A DNA stretch of 63,608 bases, the filler included, from Octopus bimaculoides (lineage: Eukaryota): assembly GCF_001194135.2 (NCBI RefSeq). It is 9 parts of 8 records of this genome, joined end to end, with 100 filler letters (N's around TTAATTAATTAA, not from the genome) between each part and the next. Parts side by side here need not be neighbours in the genome. Positions count along the whole stretch, not along the records: positions 20,510 to 31,901 come from NC_068981.1; positions 32,002 to 39,041 come from NC_069008.1; 7 more parts are not named here. One strand, 5' to 3'. The notes beneath the pieces are model-generated. The model saw nothing but the letters and a program-made list of their open reading frames with translations. It had not been told where the DNA came from and made no database searches. Made by a program: the position numbers and the translations under genes. Position 1 is the stretch's first letter. Each line of letters starts with the position of its first letter. Shown here one piece after another: positions 25,660-35,944 of the stretch.

Positions 25660-25959
25660 ATTTGAATCAGTTACCATCTACTTTAGGACAACGTCAAATT
25701 GTAATGGGTATAGGAAATGTACATTTTAGATTATCTGTAATCGCCATGTAGAAGTGAAAGCGACTAGTTCAGGGATGTGGGCACTTATTTCTGCTGCCAA
25801 TGATATGAATAGAGACCATGGATATTCTAATAGATATCACCACGTTCATTAGGGAATACATTAGTACATTATTAGATGTATTATAAACAATGAAACAATT
25901 AATTTCAAGCATTTGATTCCTATTTAATTTCACTTAATTCCTATTTAATTCCACCAGGA

Positions 25960-26248
25960 AGATGTCCAAGTGCTGTTAGATCATACGAACTCAATAAAGC
26001 CATCCTCACAGTTCCCAATGCTAGGGCACAACAACCTCCTAAGCACACCGAGTGCAGATATGAACAGCATATGGGAATCGGTATTAAAGAAGGATAGGAG
26101 AATATTAGATTTATAAACCCTAAAATTCGCTCCATAATTTTCCACGGGCATATGGTGTAGTGGTTAAGAGCGGGGCTACTAACCCCAAAATTCCGAGTTC
26201 GATTCCAAGCAGTGACCTGAATAATGATAATAATAATAATAATAATAA
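25960..26248 (+). mobile_element. Penelope-like element family A, internally deleted ORF end + tRNA-like head + (AAT)n
   Basis: HQEDVQVLLDHTNSIKPSSQFPM|LGHNNLLSTPSADMNSIWESVLKKDRRILDL* is homologous to the 44755-45608 ORF. Confidence 0.9.
26146..26218 (+). promoter_or_regulatory. tRNA-derived Pol III promoter-like head inside the PLE-A terminal repeat
   Basis: A-box-like TGGTGTAGTGG, anticodon arm GGGG-CTACTAA-CCCC, B-box GAGTTCGATTCC. The T stem is imperfect, so this is not a functional tRNA. Confidence 0.75.
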
Positions 26249-27113
26249 GATTAGCAAAGATAGTCAAACCTACACGCCTAATCTTAGCAAACAAAATACA
26301 ATAGATTACAGAATTCCTTTAGTGATTAACTGGCACCGAAGTTTCGCTGGCATTTCAAAAGTGTTGCATGAAAGTTACTAACATGTGGCGGAAAAGTATC
26401 CCAGTTTCAAACAGATATTTCCTCAGCCGCCCATTGTATCCTTTTGACGGAATAAGAACATAAAAGAATTAATGACCTCTATATCTGACTCCAAGAAAAC
26501 GAACATTGGAGTATCTACACGCTGTACTTTAAAGAACAGCCGCAAGAGAGGTAAGCCCTGTTCATTGTGCAACAACATAAGTGAAGTAAATACCACCAAA
26601 AATCATTATAGAAATGTTATGATTTATACAGAAGGGGGAACCTGCAAAGATTCCCATTTAGTGTATGGTGCAGAATGCACGAAACATAACTTGATTTATG
26701 TTGGTTGTACAACGGAACAATTAAACAAAAGGTTTAATGGTCACAGAACAGTAGTTCAACAGAACTTGCTGAACAGAACTTGCTGAACATTTCGTTCAAT
26801 TTTGAAGAAGATTTGAAAGTGCACATTCTCAAAAAATATCCTGAATGTACCCCACTTTCACTTCTCAGAATGTATGAGGAGAAATATGTTTGCGGGTTAT
26901 TGACATCACGCCCTGGAGGAATGAATAAGATGACAGGAGAATATCNNNNNNNNNNNNNNNNNNNNNNNNNNNNNNNNNNNNNNNNNNNNNNNNNNNNNNN
27001 NNNNNNTTTTGAATTTTCAATCACCTTTTGGTTTGAACTTGAGAAAGACAGACGTTCTGTCGAAATATTGTTAAAAAAATAAAACATCTAAAATCGCACT
27101 CTTCGTCTTGACT
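26249..27113 (+). mobile_element. Penelope-like element family B (Neptune-like), GIY-YIG 3' end, nested in the (AAT)n of PLE-A
   Basis: IPLVINWH...IFPQPPIVSF.RNKNIKE...PCSLC...LVYGAEC..HNLIYVGCT...RFNGH...GGMN. A 14-bp duplication (cagaacttgctgaa) frameshifts the ORF. Confidence 0.85.
27032..27076 (+). ncRNA. minimal type I hammerhead, U3-A8 variant
   Basis: tttgaac-TTGAGAA-A-GACAGA(CGT)TCTGTC-GAAA-TA-TT-gttaaaa. Confidence 0.7.
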
Positions 27114-27120
27114 AATAATG

Positions 27121-27180
<60 letters not shown>

Positions 27181-27330
27181 TCGAAAAATACCTTAGGAAT
27201 GAGAACCCAGTTTAGAAATTTCCCCAAGACACCTGATGAAGGCTGGAGGGTATATCAGCCGAAACGTTGTGTTTACAACAAACAAGATGAGGACAAATAT
27301 CCGTCAATTGTAAATAATGTAAATAATGTT
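27114..27330 (+). mobile_element. PLE-A terminal repeat, 3' part: (AAT)n + hammerhead + (TAAATAATG) tail
   Basis: Near-identical to 45680-45912 and to the reverse complement of 44540-44690. Confidence 0.9.
27227..27274 (+). ncRNA. minimal type I hammerhead ribozyme
   Basis: agacac-CTGATGA-A-GGCTG(10 nt)CAGCC-GAAA-CG-TT-gtgttt; 6-bp stem I, palindromic ACGT stem III. Confidence 0.8.
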
Positions 27331-27344
27331 CAAAAAATCAAGTA

Positions 27345-27900
27345 GTAAATGGTCCGTGCTAACCCAACTTGGCCAACATAAATTTCTGTGCTGTATGTGA
27401 AGAGATATGACACCAATATTAGGATTAACATGTTCAACAAACATAGCTTTATTGACTTCATGCACTTCCAGCAATTTAATAACTCCCATGTTTTCTTATT
27501 CAGCCAAGATACAATTTTTACGCACGTTTCAACATCCAATTTTTTCCACCTTCTACGTTATCACTCACGACTACAGAGTAGTTGTGCAGCAAACTCGTGG
27601 CTTGTGAGATATCTGTCCATTTTAACGGATGTGTCTGCATGCTGTTGATGCGTGCAACTAGTCGTAATTGATGGTATGCAACTGACTTTTTTCTTTTTTT
27701 GTTCAATGATGTCTTTTTCTAGCTTGAAACATTTCATACATCTGTTCATAATGCTTTTGTCCAAAATGTTATCTCCGTAAACACCCTGTTGTCCCCTGCG
27801 AATGTCGGACAAGTTACAGACATATTTTGTCAAGGGTTCAATAACGGCACGTAGCTTCAGCTCGGCAACTATTATTTGTTTCCATTGAATAATGACGTGT
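27345..27900 (-). pseudogene. mariner transposase N-terminal relic
   Basis: ELKLRAVIEPLTKYVCNLSDIRRGQQGVYGD...KCFK ... RNLCWPSWV (WVPxxL-like). Confidence 0.75.
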
Positions 27901-28494
27901 AGAAGCGTTTATACATTAAAAGTCTTACGCAATCAACACATGCAATTTAAAACAATGTCATTTGATAACAAAAGATAGTGGATACGTTTACATTACCCCT
28001 ATATATATATGTGTGTGTGCGTGTGTGTGTGTATTCATGCTTTTATTTAACTTTCAATTTCCTTATTTCTCTTTCTCTTGCTATTTCTCTCTCTCACATT
28101 CTCTCTCTCACATTCTCTCTCAGTGTATGCATTTGGGCATACGTGTGCGCGCGCGTATTTATACATGCATGTCAATGCATGTCAATGCATGCAGGTACGT
28201 GATTGCTCCAATGTGCAAAATTTTGTATATTTCGAAGAAACCTATGAAACTAGAAAAAACATTAGATAATTGAATGTAAGTTGTTAAGGCAATATGGAGA
28301 ACAGTTGATACAGTATGCTAATCACATCACTAGTATCACTTTTCTATCCACGAAAATCAATAGTCAGCCCTCTTTCCTTTTGTATTTTAATCCAAAATTT
28401 ACCAGCTATGCTACCTGTTTTTTCTGTCATCCATTTTAACGATTGAACGGTGTTTTACATGGATATTTAGTATGTGTGTATATGTGTGAATAAC

Positions 28495-28578
<84 letters not shown>

Positions 28579-28689
28579 GTACACCCACACATGTATGCGT
28601 GTATAAGTCTGGATGTATAAATATATACATATACATATGTGTGGGTGTGTATATGTGTGTTTGCGTGTGCGCTACTATCTTCTTCCAAT

Positions 28690-29800
28690 TGTTACTTCCG
28701 TGTTATTGTTATCAAAACTCCCTAGCGAATTTTGTTACTTCTACTTCGCATTCTTTCGTAATTTCTTTTTTTATCTGATGTTCGTTTTGAATTTCAATGT
28801 CTTTTTTTTATTATTATTTCCCCTTTCTTGACGTTTTCTGTTTTGTTTTTTTGTTGTTTTTTTTCCATGTTGATCATTTTGATTTTTGCATTCATCTACT
28901 TCTCCCACCTCATCACGTAACTACCTTCAAGAACTCCCTTGCTTTTCCCCCTCCTCCTCCTCTTCCCCTTCTTCTTCCTCTTCCCCTTCTTCCTCCACTT
29001 CCTCCTCCTCCTCCTCCTCCTCCTAATACTACTACAGTAGTGTTGCTCATTTTCAAATATCTCCTACTTCTTCAACGCATTCTGTTTTAACTTTTCATTA
29101 TATTTATCTTGCCGTTTCTATATTTCGTATTTCCTTAGCCTCCCCACACCTATTTTTTTCTATGTCTCCGCTTCCTTTTCTGTTTGTCTTCTGTATTATC
29201 TTTTCTTCCTAGTTTTATACGCTTCCTTTTGTGTCATTTTCTTTTTTACATTGTCTCATCTCCATATTATTGTTTTTATTTTCGTTTCTCTCATTGCTTA
29301 CTAACGCGTTTATTTGGCCTTCCATCTTAGTCTTCGTTCATATTTCCTCAACCGCTAACTCTATCGCCTATTACCTTTATTTCCACAATCATTTATCGTT
29401 TTACCCCCAGCCTTCTAATCATTAATGTCTTTTCTTTCATCATTTCTGTAAATCTCCATGTTTGTTCATCTCTATTTTTCATTATTAATTTTGTTTGCTT
29501 TTACTAGATATTCAACACCAGCGTTTTTCTTTTTTTATCCTTCCTGCTGTTGTGCTAATAGTCTATGCAGTTTATTTTATATTTCACGTAGGCTTATGTG
29601 ATATTAGATTATCTATCAGTTTCTCCACAATTCATGCTCAAAACAGCAATCTCTCTGCCTTTCCTACATCGATTATACACCCGAATCACACTATATTGCT
29701 TCCTCTGTATCTCTCGGTATATTTCGTCGTTCTAAATGGATTTCCTTCAATTATCACTACCTATAGGCCAGTACTAGATACGCTTATCTGTTTCACATAC
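28690..29800 (+). repeat. pyrimidine-rich low-complexity tract including (CCT/CTT)n
   Basis: Composition. Confidence 0.8.
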
Positions 29801-30177
29801 TAACCAGGAAAATAGTTATGCATAGCTACAAATAGTATATATCCACTCACACGCACGCACACACACATACATACACACATACACACACAGAGGCATATAC
29901 CGAGACATGCAAACACGCACGTACAAGCACACAGTCTTTAAATTTATATTTATATGACAGAATTTAGCGCATTTAGCTTTCCTTTGTGTGATATGGTTTT
30001 TACTATAAAATATTTAATGCTTTCCTTATGCATTCTTCCTGATGGTCTTCTTTTCATATATAATGTTCTTTTCTATGTTTTGTGTCTCTTTAGTATTTAT
30101 TATTTATACTTTCACTATTTATGTCATACAGATAAAAACAAACAAAAAATATACAAGAACTGAAGCTAAGCAATAAA

Positions 30178-31400
30178 ATCACATTTTCTTGTACGTTTCA
30201 TGTTATTGAAAGATTCATACCTGAGAAAACTTTGTGCAGATCCTTTTTTGTTCTCTCAATGGAAGATTTGTTAGTAGTCTTGGTAATAAGTAAACCGTCA
30301 TCCCTATATAGACCGCCGTGGATGTTAGGGAAGTGTGATTTTAATTGGTGGAGTATGTATAATCCAACTAAATCCGTGGCCTGTGCAGAATCGGAAGAAC
30401 CCATGGTTACATCAAATAGTTTGTTTGAGCTATTAGAATGTTGATTGGCTCGGCACCAGAGTTTGTTCTCGAAAGCGATAAGAGTTTTGCGAGCGTTGAT
30501 TATAATGTTAATTTCTAAAGGTGTAATGTTAGTAAGATTTCTGGTGAAAAGAATGGCCCTATTTAAAAGCTGAGGAGATACAGATGAGTAATAATTGTTT
30601 ATATCGAATTGGAGGAACGAGCAGGAGTTTTTGTTCTCCAGGGTGTGGAACCATGTGATGACCTCTCCGGTGTGGTACCATAGATTCGCGTGTAGTTTTT
30701 CCTTGACGATTGGTATTATCCTGTCTAAAATGTTTTTACTAATTCTTCCGAGGTCGGACTTTGTCGGGCATATTAGACGAATCGAAGGTTTTGCATTGAG
30801 GTCCTTTTTGTGATCCTTGAGGTTGAAGTGTGGAGGTGTGGGGCATTACGGTTCCGTTCTGTCGTCCACTTTTAGCTTCTTCATGATTCTGCAGTGGCTG
30901 GTGTTTACCTCAATTAAGGCGGATGTTGATGCCAGCTTGTAGGACCTGTTTAATTCTTTTCTAATGAATTTTATGTATTCCTCCACTGTGATGGGATATA
31001 AGTTTCCTGTTTTGTCCGAGAGCACGTGTAACTTAGGGGAATTCGAAATTCTTTTTATGGTTTGTGAAAGCTTTTTTTAAAATTAGAATTGTGCTTAGAG
31101 AATTTAATGTTTTTTTATTAATTTAATCATGTCCGTTTCAAATTTTTCAAGGTGAGGGTTATGTGGAGGATTATTATAAGATGTGAGATTGAATTTACTG
31201 GTACTTGAGTCGTTTCTATATGTCTGGTTATCATGGAAGAAGGCTTTCCATCTCATTCGTCGGATGAGATCCCTAGTCTTAGCTAGAAGGAGAATAGTGA
31301 AAGGTTTTTGAGAAGGAATGGGAGTGTTCTTAAGGGAGAAGCCAAGAATCTCTTTATCCATTATTTTTTTATGGAGTTACCCGTTATAAGTGCTAGTGAA
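30178..31400 (-). mobile_element. Penelope-like element family C, N-terminus + RT (inverted segment), decayed
   Basis: FSLKNTPIPS...IRRMRWKAFFH...PP.NPHLEKFETDM; MGSSDSAQATDLVGLYIL...GLYRDDGL. Confidence 0.9.
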
Positions 31401-31509
31401 AGCAGAATATAAGGTTGAGGAGGGTATTGGATTTAACCAAACCCCGGAGGATACAGGTAATACCGAGTAAGTGCTGTATACCGATTAGTTTTCCCCAATC
31501 GTTGTATGA

Positions 31510-31901
31510 ACAGGATTGGGTATTATAAGTCGCTTATCTGATCTATCCTGTTCTGAAGAAATATTTAACAATCACGCTCCATACTACAACCAAGCACTAG
31601 CGGCTAGCGGTTTCTCACAACAAATAAAATACATGCATAACACCAGACTTAAACAATTTATATCACAAATCACATCCCAACGACATCACATCAATCAAAA
31701 CCACAACCAACCACCCATATACCCAAACAGACCCCACAATCACACCTATAACGCTAGGGCTAAATCTAAGATGTTTAAATCAGCTAGCCCTACCAAAAGT
31801 ATAGACAACTGCCCTCCACTCAAACACCTTAATTACAATATGCGCAGAACCCCCCCAAAAAGCGGCGGCCGCTCCATCCTGTGTTACCCCCCCATTCTCT
31901 C
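31510..31901 (+). mobile_element. PLE family C thumb/linker segment, forward orientation
   Basis: ISRLSDLSCSEEIFNNHAPYYNQALAASGFSQQIKY...RSILCYPP. Confidence 0.85.
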
Positions 31902-32377
31902 NNNNNNNNNNNNNNNNNNNNNNNNNNNNNNNNNNNNNNNNNNNNTTAATTAATTAANNNNNNNNNNNNNNNNNNNNNNNNNNNNNNNNNNNNNNNNNNN
32001 NCCACACATACATACATACATACATACATACATACATACACACATGCATACACACACACATACATACATACACACACATACATACATACAAGCATACATG
32101 CATACATACATACATACATACATGCACACACACATACATACATACATACATACATACACACATGCATATACACACACACACATACATACATACATACATA
32201 CATACGAACTATGGAGAAATTTGCAGTTGCTCTATCCACATTACAAGTCCAGGTTTATACCAGTAATTATTGAGGCACTGAGTTATGTCACACACTGTCT
32301 AAATCTCAATCTTGAGAAATTAGGCTTCTCAAAACCAGAAAGGAGAAAGCTGGAACTATATATATATATTACAATAA

Positions 32378-32541
32378 AATTTAAGGTACTCTCAAATCTG
32401 GATGGTTGTACATTCACAGATTTTTAAAATTTGAAAATCCTACAAGACTAGGTGGAAAGCGCTTTATATGATTTATAAAACATGTGACATATTAGTAAAA
32501 ATCTGTAAATGTACAACCATCCAGATTTCTGAGTTTAAATT
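32378..32541. mobile_element. MITE with about 37-bp TIRs
   Basis: ctcaaatctggatggttgtacattcacagattttt / aaaaatctgtaaatgtacaaccatccagatttctgag. Confidence 0.8.
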
Positions 32542-32956
32542 NNNNNNNNNNCACTGGACAAGGATATCATTCAAAGTTGACCCGGATGCACCTTTGTCAC
32601 GAATAATACCTCTTTAAACGTCACGTTGGCTATCATATTATCACGTTGAAGATAAATTTCATACAAGCTCATGGTTCCCGATAATAAACAAATTGTTCGT
32701 TAAAGTTGTTTGGTGAGAAATTGCAGTCTGTCTTTCTCGGCTACAAGAGAATGCCACACATACATACATACATACATACATACATACATACACACATGCA
32801 TACACACACACATACATACATACACACACATACATACATACAAGCATACATGCATACATACATACATACATACATGCACACACACATACATACATACATA
32901 CATACATACACACATGCATATACACACACACACATACATACATACATACATACATA

Positions 32957-33750
32957 CGAACTATGGAGAAATTTGCAGTTGCTCTATCCACATTACAAGT
33001 CCAGGTTTATACCAGTAATTATTGNNNNNNNNNNNNNNNNNNNNNNNNNNNNNNNNNNNNNNNNNNNNNNNNNNNNNNNNNNNNNNNNNNNNNNNNNNNN
33101 NNNNNNNNNNNNNNNNNNNNNNNNNNNNNNNNNNNNNNNNNNNNNNNNNNNNNNNNNNNNNNNNNNNNNNNNNNNNNNNNNNNNNNNNNNNNNNNNNNNN
33201 NNNNNNNNNNNNNNNNNNNNNNNNNNNNNNNNNNNNNNNNNNNNNNNNNNNNNNNNNNNNNNNNNNNNNNNNNNNNNNNNNNNNNNNNNNNNNNNNNNNN
33301 NNNNNNNNNNNNNNNNNNNNNNNNNNNNNNNNNNNNNNNNNNNNNNNNNNNNNNNNNNNNNNNNNNNNNNNNNNNNNNNNNNNNNNNNNNNNNNNNNNNN
33401 NNNNNNNNNNNNNNNNNNNNNNNNNNNNNNNNNNNNNNNNNNNNNNNNNNNNNNNNNNNNNNNNNNNNNNNNNNNNNNNNNNNNNNNNNNNNNNNNNNNN
33501 NNNNNNNNNNNNNNNNNNNNNNNNNNNNNNNNNNNNNNNNNNNNNNNNNNNNNNNNNNNNNNNNNNNNNNNNNNNNNNNNNNNNNNNNNNNNNNNNNNNN
33601 NNNNNNNNNNNNNNNNNNNNNNNNNNNNNNNNNNNNNNNNNNNNNNNNNNNNNNNNNNNNNNNNNNNNNNNCTGTAAATGTACAACCATCCAGATTTCTG
33701 AGTTTAAATTTTTTTCTAATATATTATTCCTGTACATCACCTCCAAACCT

Positions 33751-33792
<42 letters not shown>

Positions 33793-34978
33793 ATATAAAC
33801 TAATATATATATGTATGTATATGTTTGTGTGTCTGTGTTTGTCCCAGCCACCATCGCTTGACAACTGATTTGCTGTGTTTACATGCCTGTAACTTAGCAG
33901 TTCGGCAAAAGAGTCGAATAGAATAAGTACTAGGCTTCAACTGTAAAAATCTGTAAAGCTTTCCAGAAGTTTACCATTTAGGTATATATGAACATGTCTA
34001 GATATGCAACTATATGCATGAGAATACATACATAAAACGAAACATACAAATCTACACATATACTTACATACATACAAACAAACAAAAATACCCTGTTGTT
34101 GATGTTGAAATTCCAATGAAGGAACTTGGGATCTAGGTTAAAAACCGGTTCTTTCTCTATTGGCAAGAAATCTTGAAATAAAACTGAACAATGACATNNN
34201 NNNNNNNTTCTCTATTGGCAAGAAATCTTGAAATAAAACTGAACAATGACATACATAGGGGCCCTGGGATATGTCACACACTGCCTAAATACCAATCTTG
34301 AGAAATTAGGCTTCTCAAAACCAGAAAGGAGAAAACTGATCTGAAGACTACATCCAACCCATCACTGGAAAAATCTGTAAAAATTTTCATAAGTTTATCA
34401 TTTGAATATATATGAGCATGTCTAGATATGCAACTATGTGCATGAGAATACATACATGAAGAAAAACTTACAAATCTGCACATATCCATCTATCTAGATA
34501 TACAAACAAAAATACCCTGTTGTTGATGTTGAAATTCCAATGAAGGAACCTTGGGTCTAGGTTAGAAACCGACTCTTTCTCTCTTGGCAAGACATCTTGA
34601 AATACAACTGAACAATGACATACATAATACATACATACAAGCATACATACATACATATCAACTATTGAGAAATCTGCAGTTACTCTATCCAGATTACAAG
34701 GTCAGTTTTATACCTGTAATTATTGGGGCCCTGGGATATGTCACACACTGTCTAAATACCAATCTTGAGCAATTAGGCTTCTCAAGACCAGAAAGGAGAA
34801 AGCTGATTCGAAGACTACAGATCCAATCCATCAGTGGAACTGTAAAGATCTGTAAAACTTTCCAGAAGCTTATCATTTAAATATATATGAGCATGTCTAG
34901 ATATGTAGTTATATGCATGAGAATACATACATGAAACAAAACATACAAATCTGCACATATACATATATAAATATATGC

Positions 34979-35000
<22 letters not shown>
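32957..35000 (+). mobile_element. head-to-tail array of three 5'-truncated R4/Dong-type LINE ends in (TACA)n
   Basis: YQLLRNLQLLYPDYKVSFIPVIIGALGYVTHCLNTNLEQLGFSRPERRKLIRRLQIQSISGTVKICKTF; the shared 3' UTR ends aactgaacaatgacatacat. Confidence 0.85.
33800..33937 (+). mobile_element. SINE family A 3' half inside the first R4 copy
   Basis: tgtttgtcccagccaccatcgcttgacaac...gaataagtactaggct. Confidence 0.8.
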
Positions 35001-35009
<9 letters not shown>

Positions 35010-35143
35010 TACCTACATCTATATGTATACATACATGCATATATGGATACAGGACATTAAAAAAAACGTTAAACACAATGAGAAACGAAAACAGAAAACG
35101 AACTTATTTCGAACATGCAACATAAAGAGTATATCCCTTCATC

Positions 35144-35432
35144 AGTTGTCCCAGTACCCCTTGACTGGTTCTCATGCCGGTGACACATAAAAAGCATCAT
35201 CTGAAGGTGGCTGATGCCAGTACCCCTTGACTGGCTCCCGTGCCGGTGGCACGTAAAAAGCACCCACTACACTCTCGGAGTGGTTGACATTAGGAAGGGC
35301 ATCCAGCTGTAGAAACTCTGCCAGATCAAATTGGAGCTTGGTGCAGCCTCCTGGCTCTCCAGATCTCAGTCAGACTGTCCAACCCATGCCAGCACAGAAA
35401 ACGGACGTTAGACGATGATGAAGATGATCTTT
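35144..35432 (+). mobile_element. SINE-like family D with (GAT)n tail and internal tandem duplication
   Basis: Two copies of ccagtaccccttgactgg...aaaagca; ggaagggcatccagctgtagaaa; gatgatgaagatgat tail. Confidence 0.7.
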
Positions 35433-35677
35433 ATATAAAGTACATGTCTGAACAAACAAAAGTGGATTTATTCACCAAGTTGGATATGTTATCTGCATAC
35501 ACTGCACGAATATCAGGTGTGAAATAATTCCGTGTTGTGTTCGATGTTCACCTGGTATGGTTTGAGGTACCTAGCAGGGTACCTCAATTTAAGTACCTAA
35601 TTCAAACGTTCGACTGAAACTCTTCAAGGTGGAGCCCCAGCATGGCCACAGTCAAATGAATGAAACCGGTAAAAGAT

Positions 35678-35715
<38 letters not shown>

Positions 35716-35718
<3 letters not shown>

Positions 35719-35905
35719 CATAGGCTGTGTGGTAAGAAACTGGCTTCACAACTAGATTGTTCCAGGTTCAGTCCCACCTTGTGAGCGGATTTAGTAGAAG
35801 GGAAACTGAAAGAAGCCTGTTGTATGTGTGTGAGTGTGTTCGCGTCTGTGTTTGTACCTTACCAACGCTGGGCAACTGGTGTTGGTGTGTTTACGTCCCT
35901 TACTT
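35716..35905 (+). mobile_element. SINE family A, internally deleted
   Basis: ggctgtgtggtaagaa...gaaactgaaagaagcc...ggtgtgtttacgtccc. Confidence 0.8.
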
Positions 35906-35944
35906 GTTCAGTAAGGTTGAAGGCTTTAAAATTTCTTCATGAAG

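Noticed and set aside
26146-26218. Functional tRNA-Ser gene (also 45605-45678)
   Set aside because: T stem and acceptor stem are mismatched, the ACT anticodon comes with no long variable arm, there is no T-run terminator, and it is embedded in a retroelement.
35095-35150. Hammerhead-like CTGATGAAG...GAAA on minus
   Set aside because: Stem II needs several G-U pairs and a register shift, and stem I does not pair; unsupported from a single copy.
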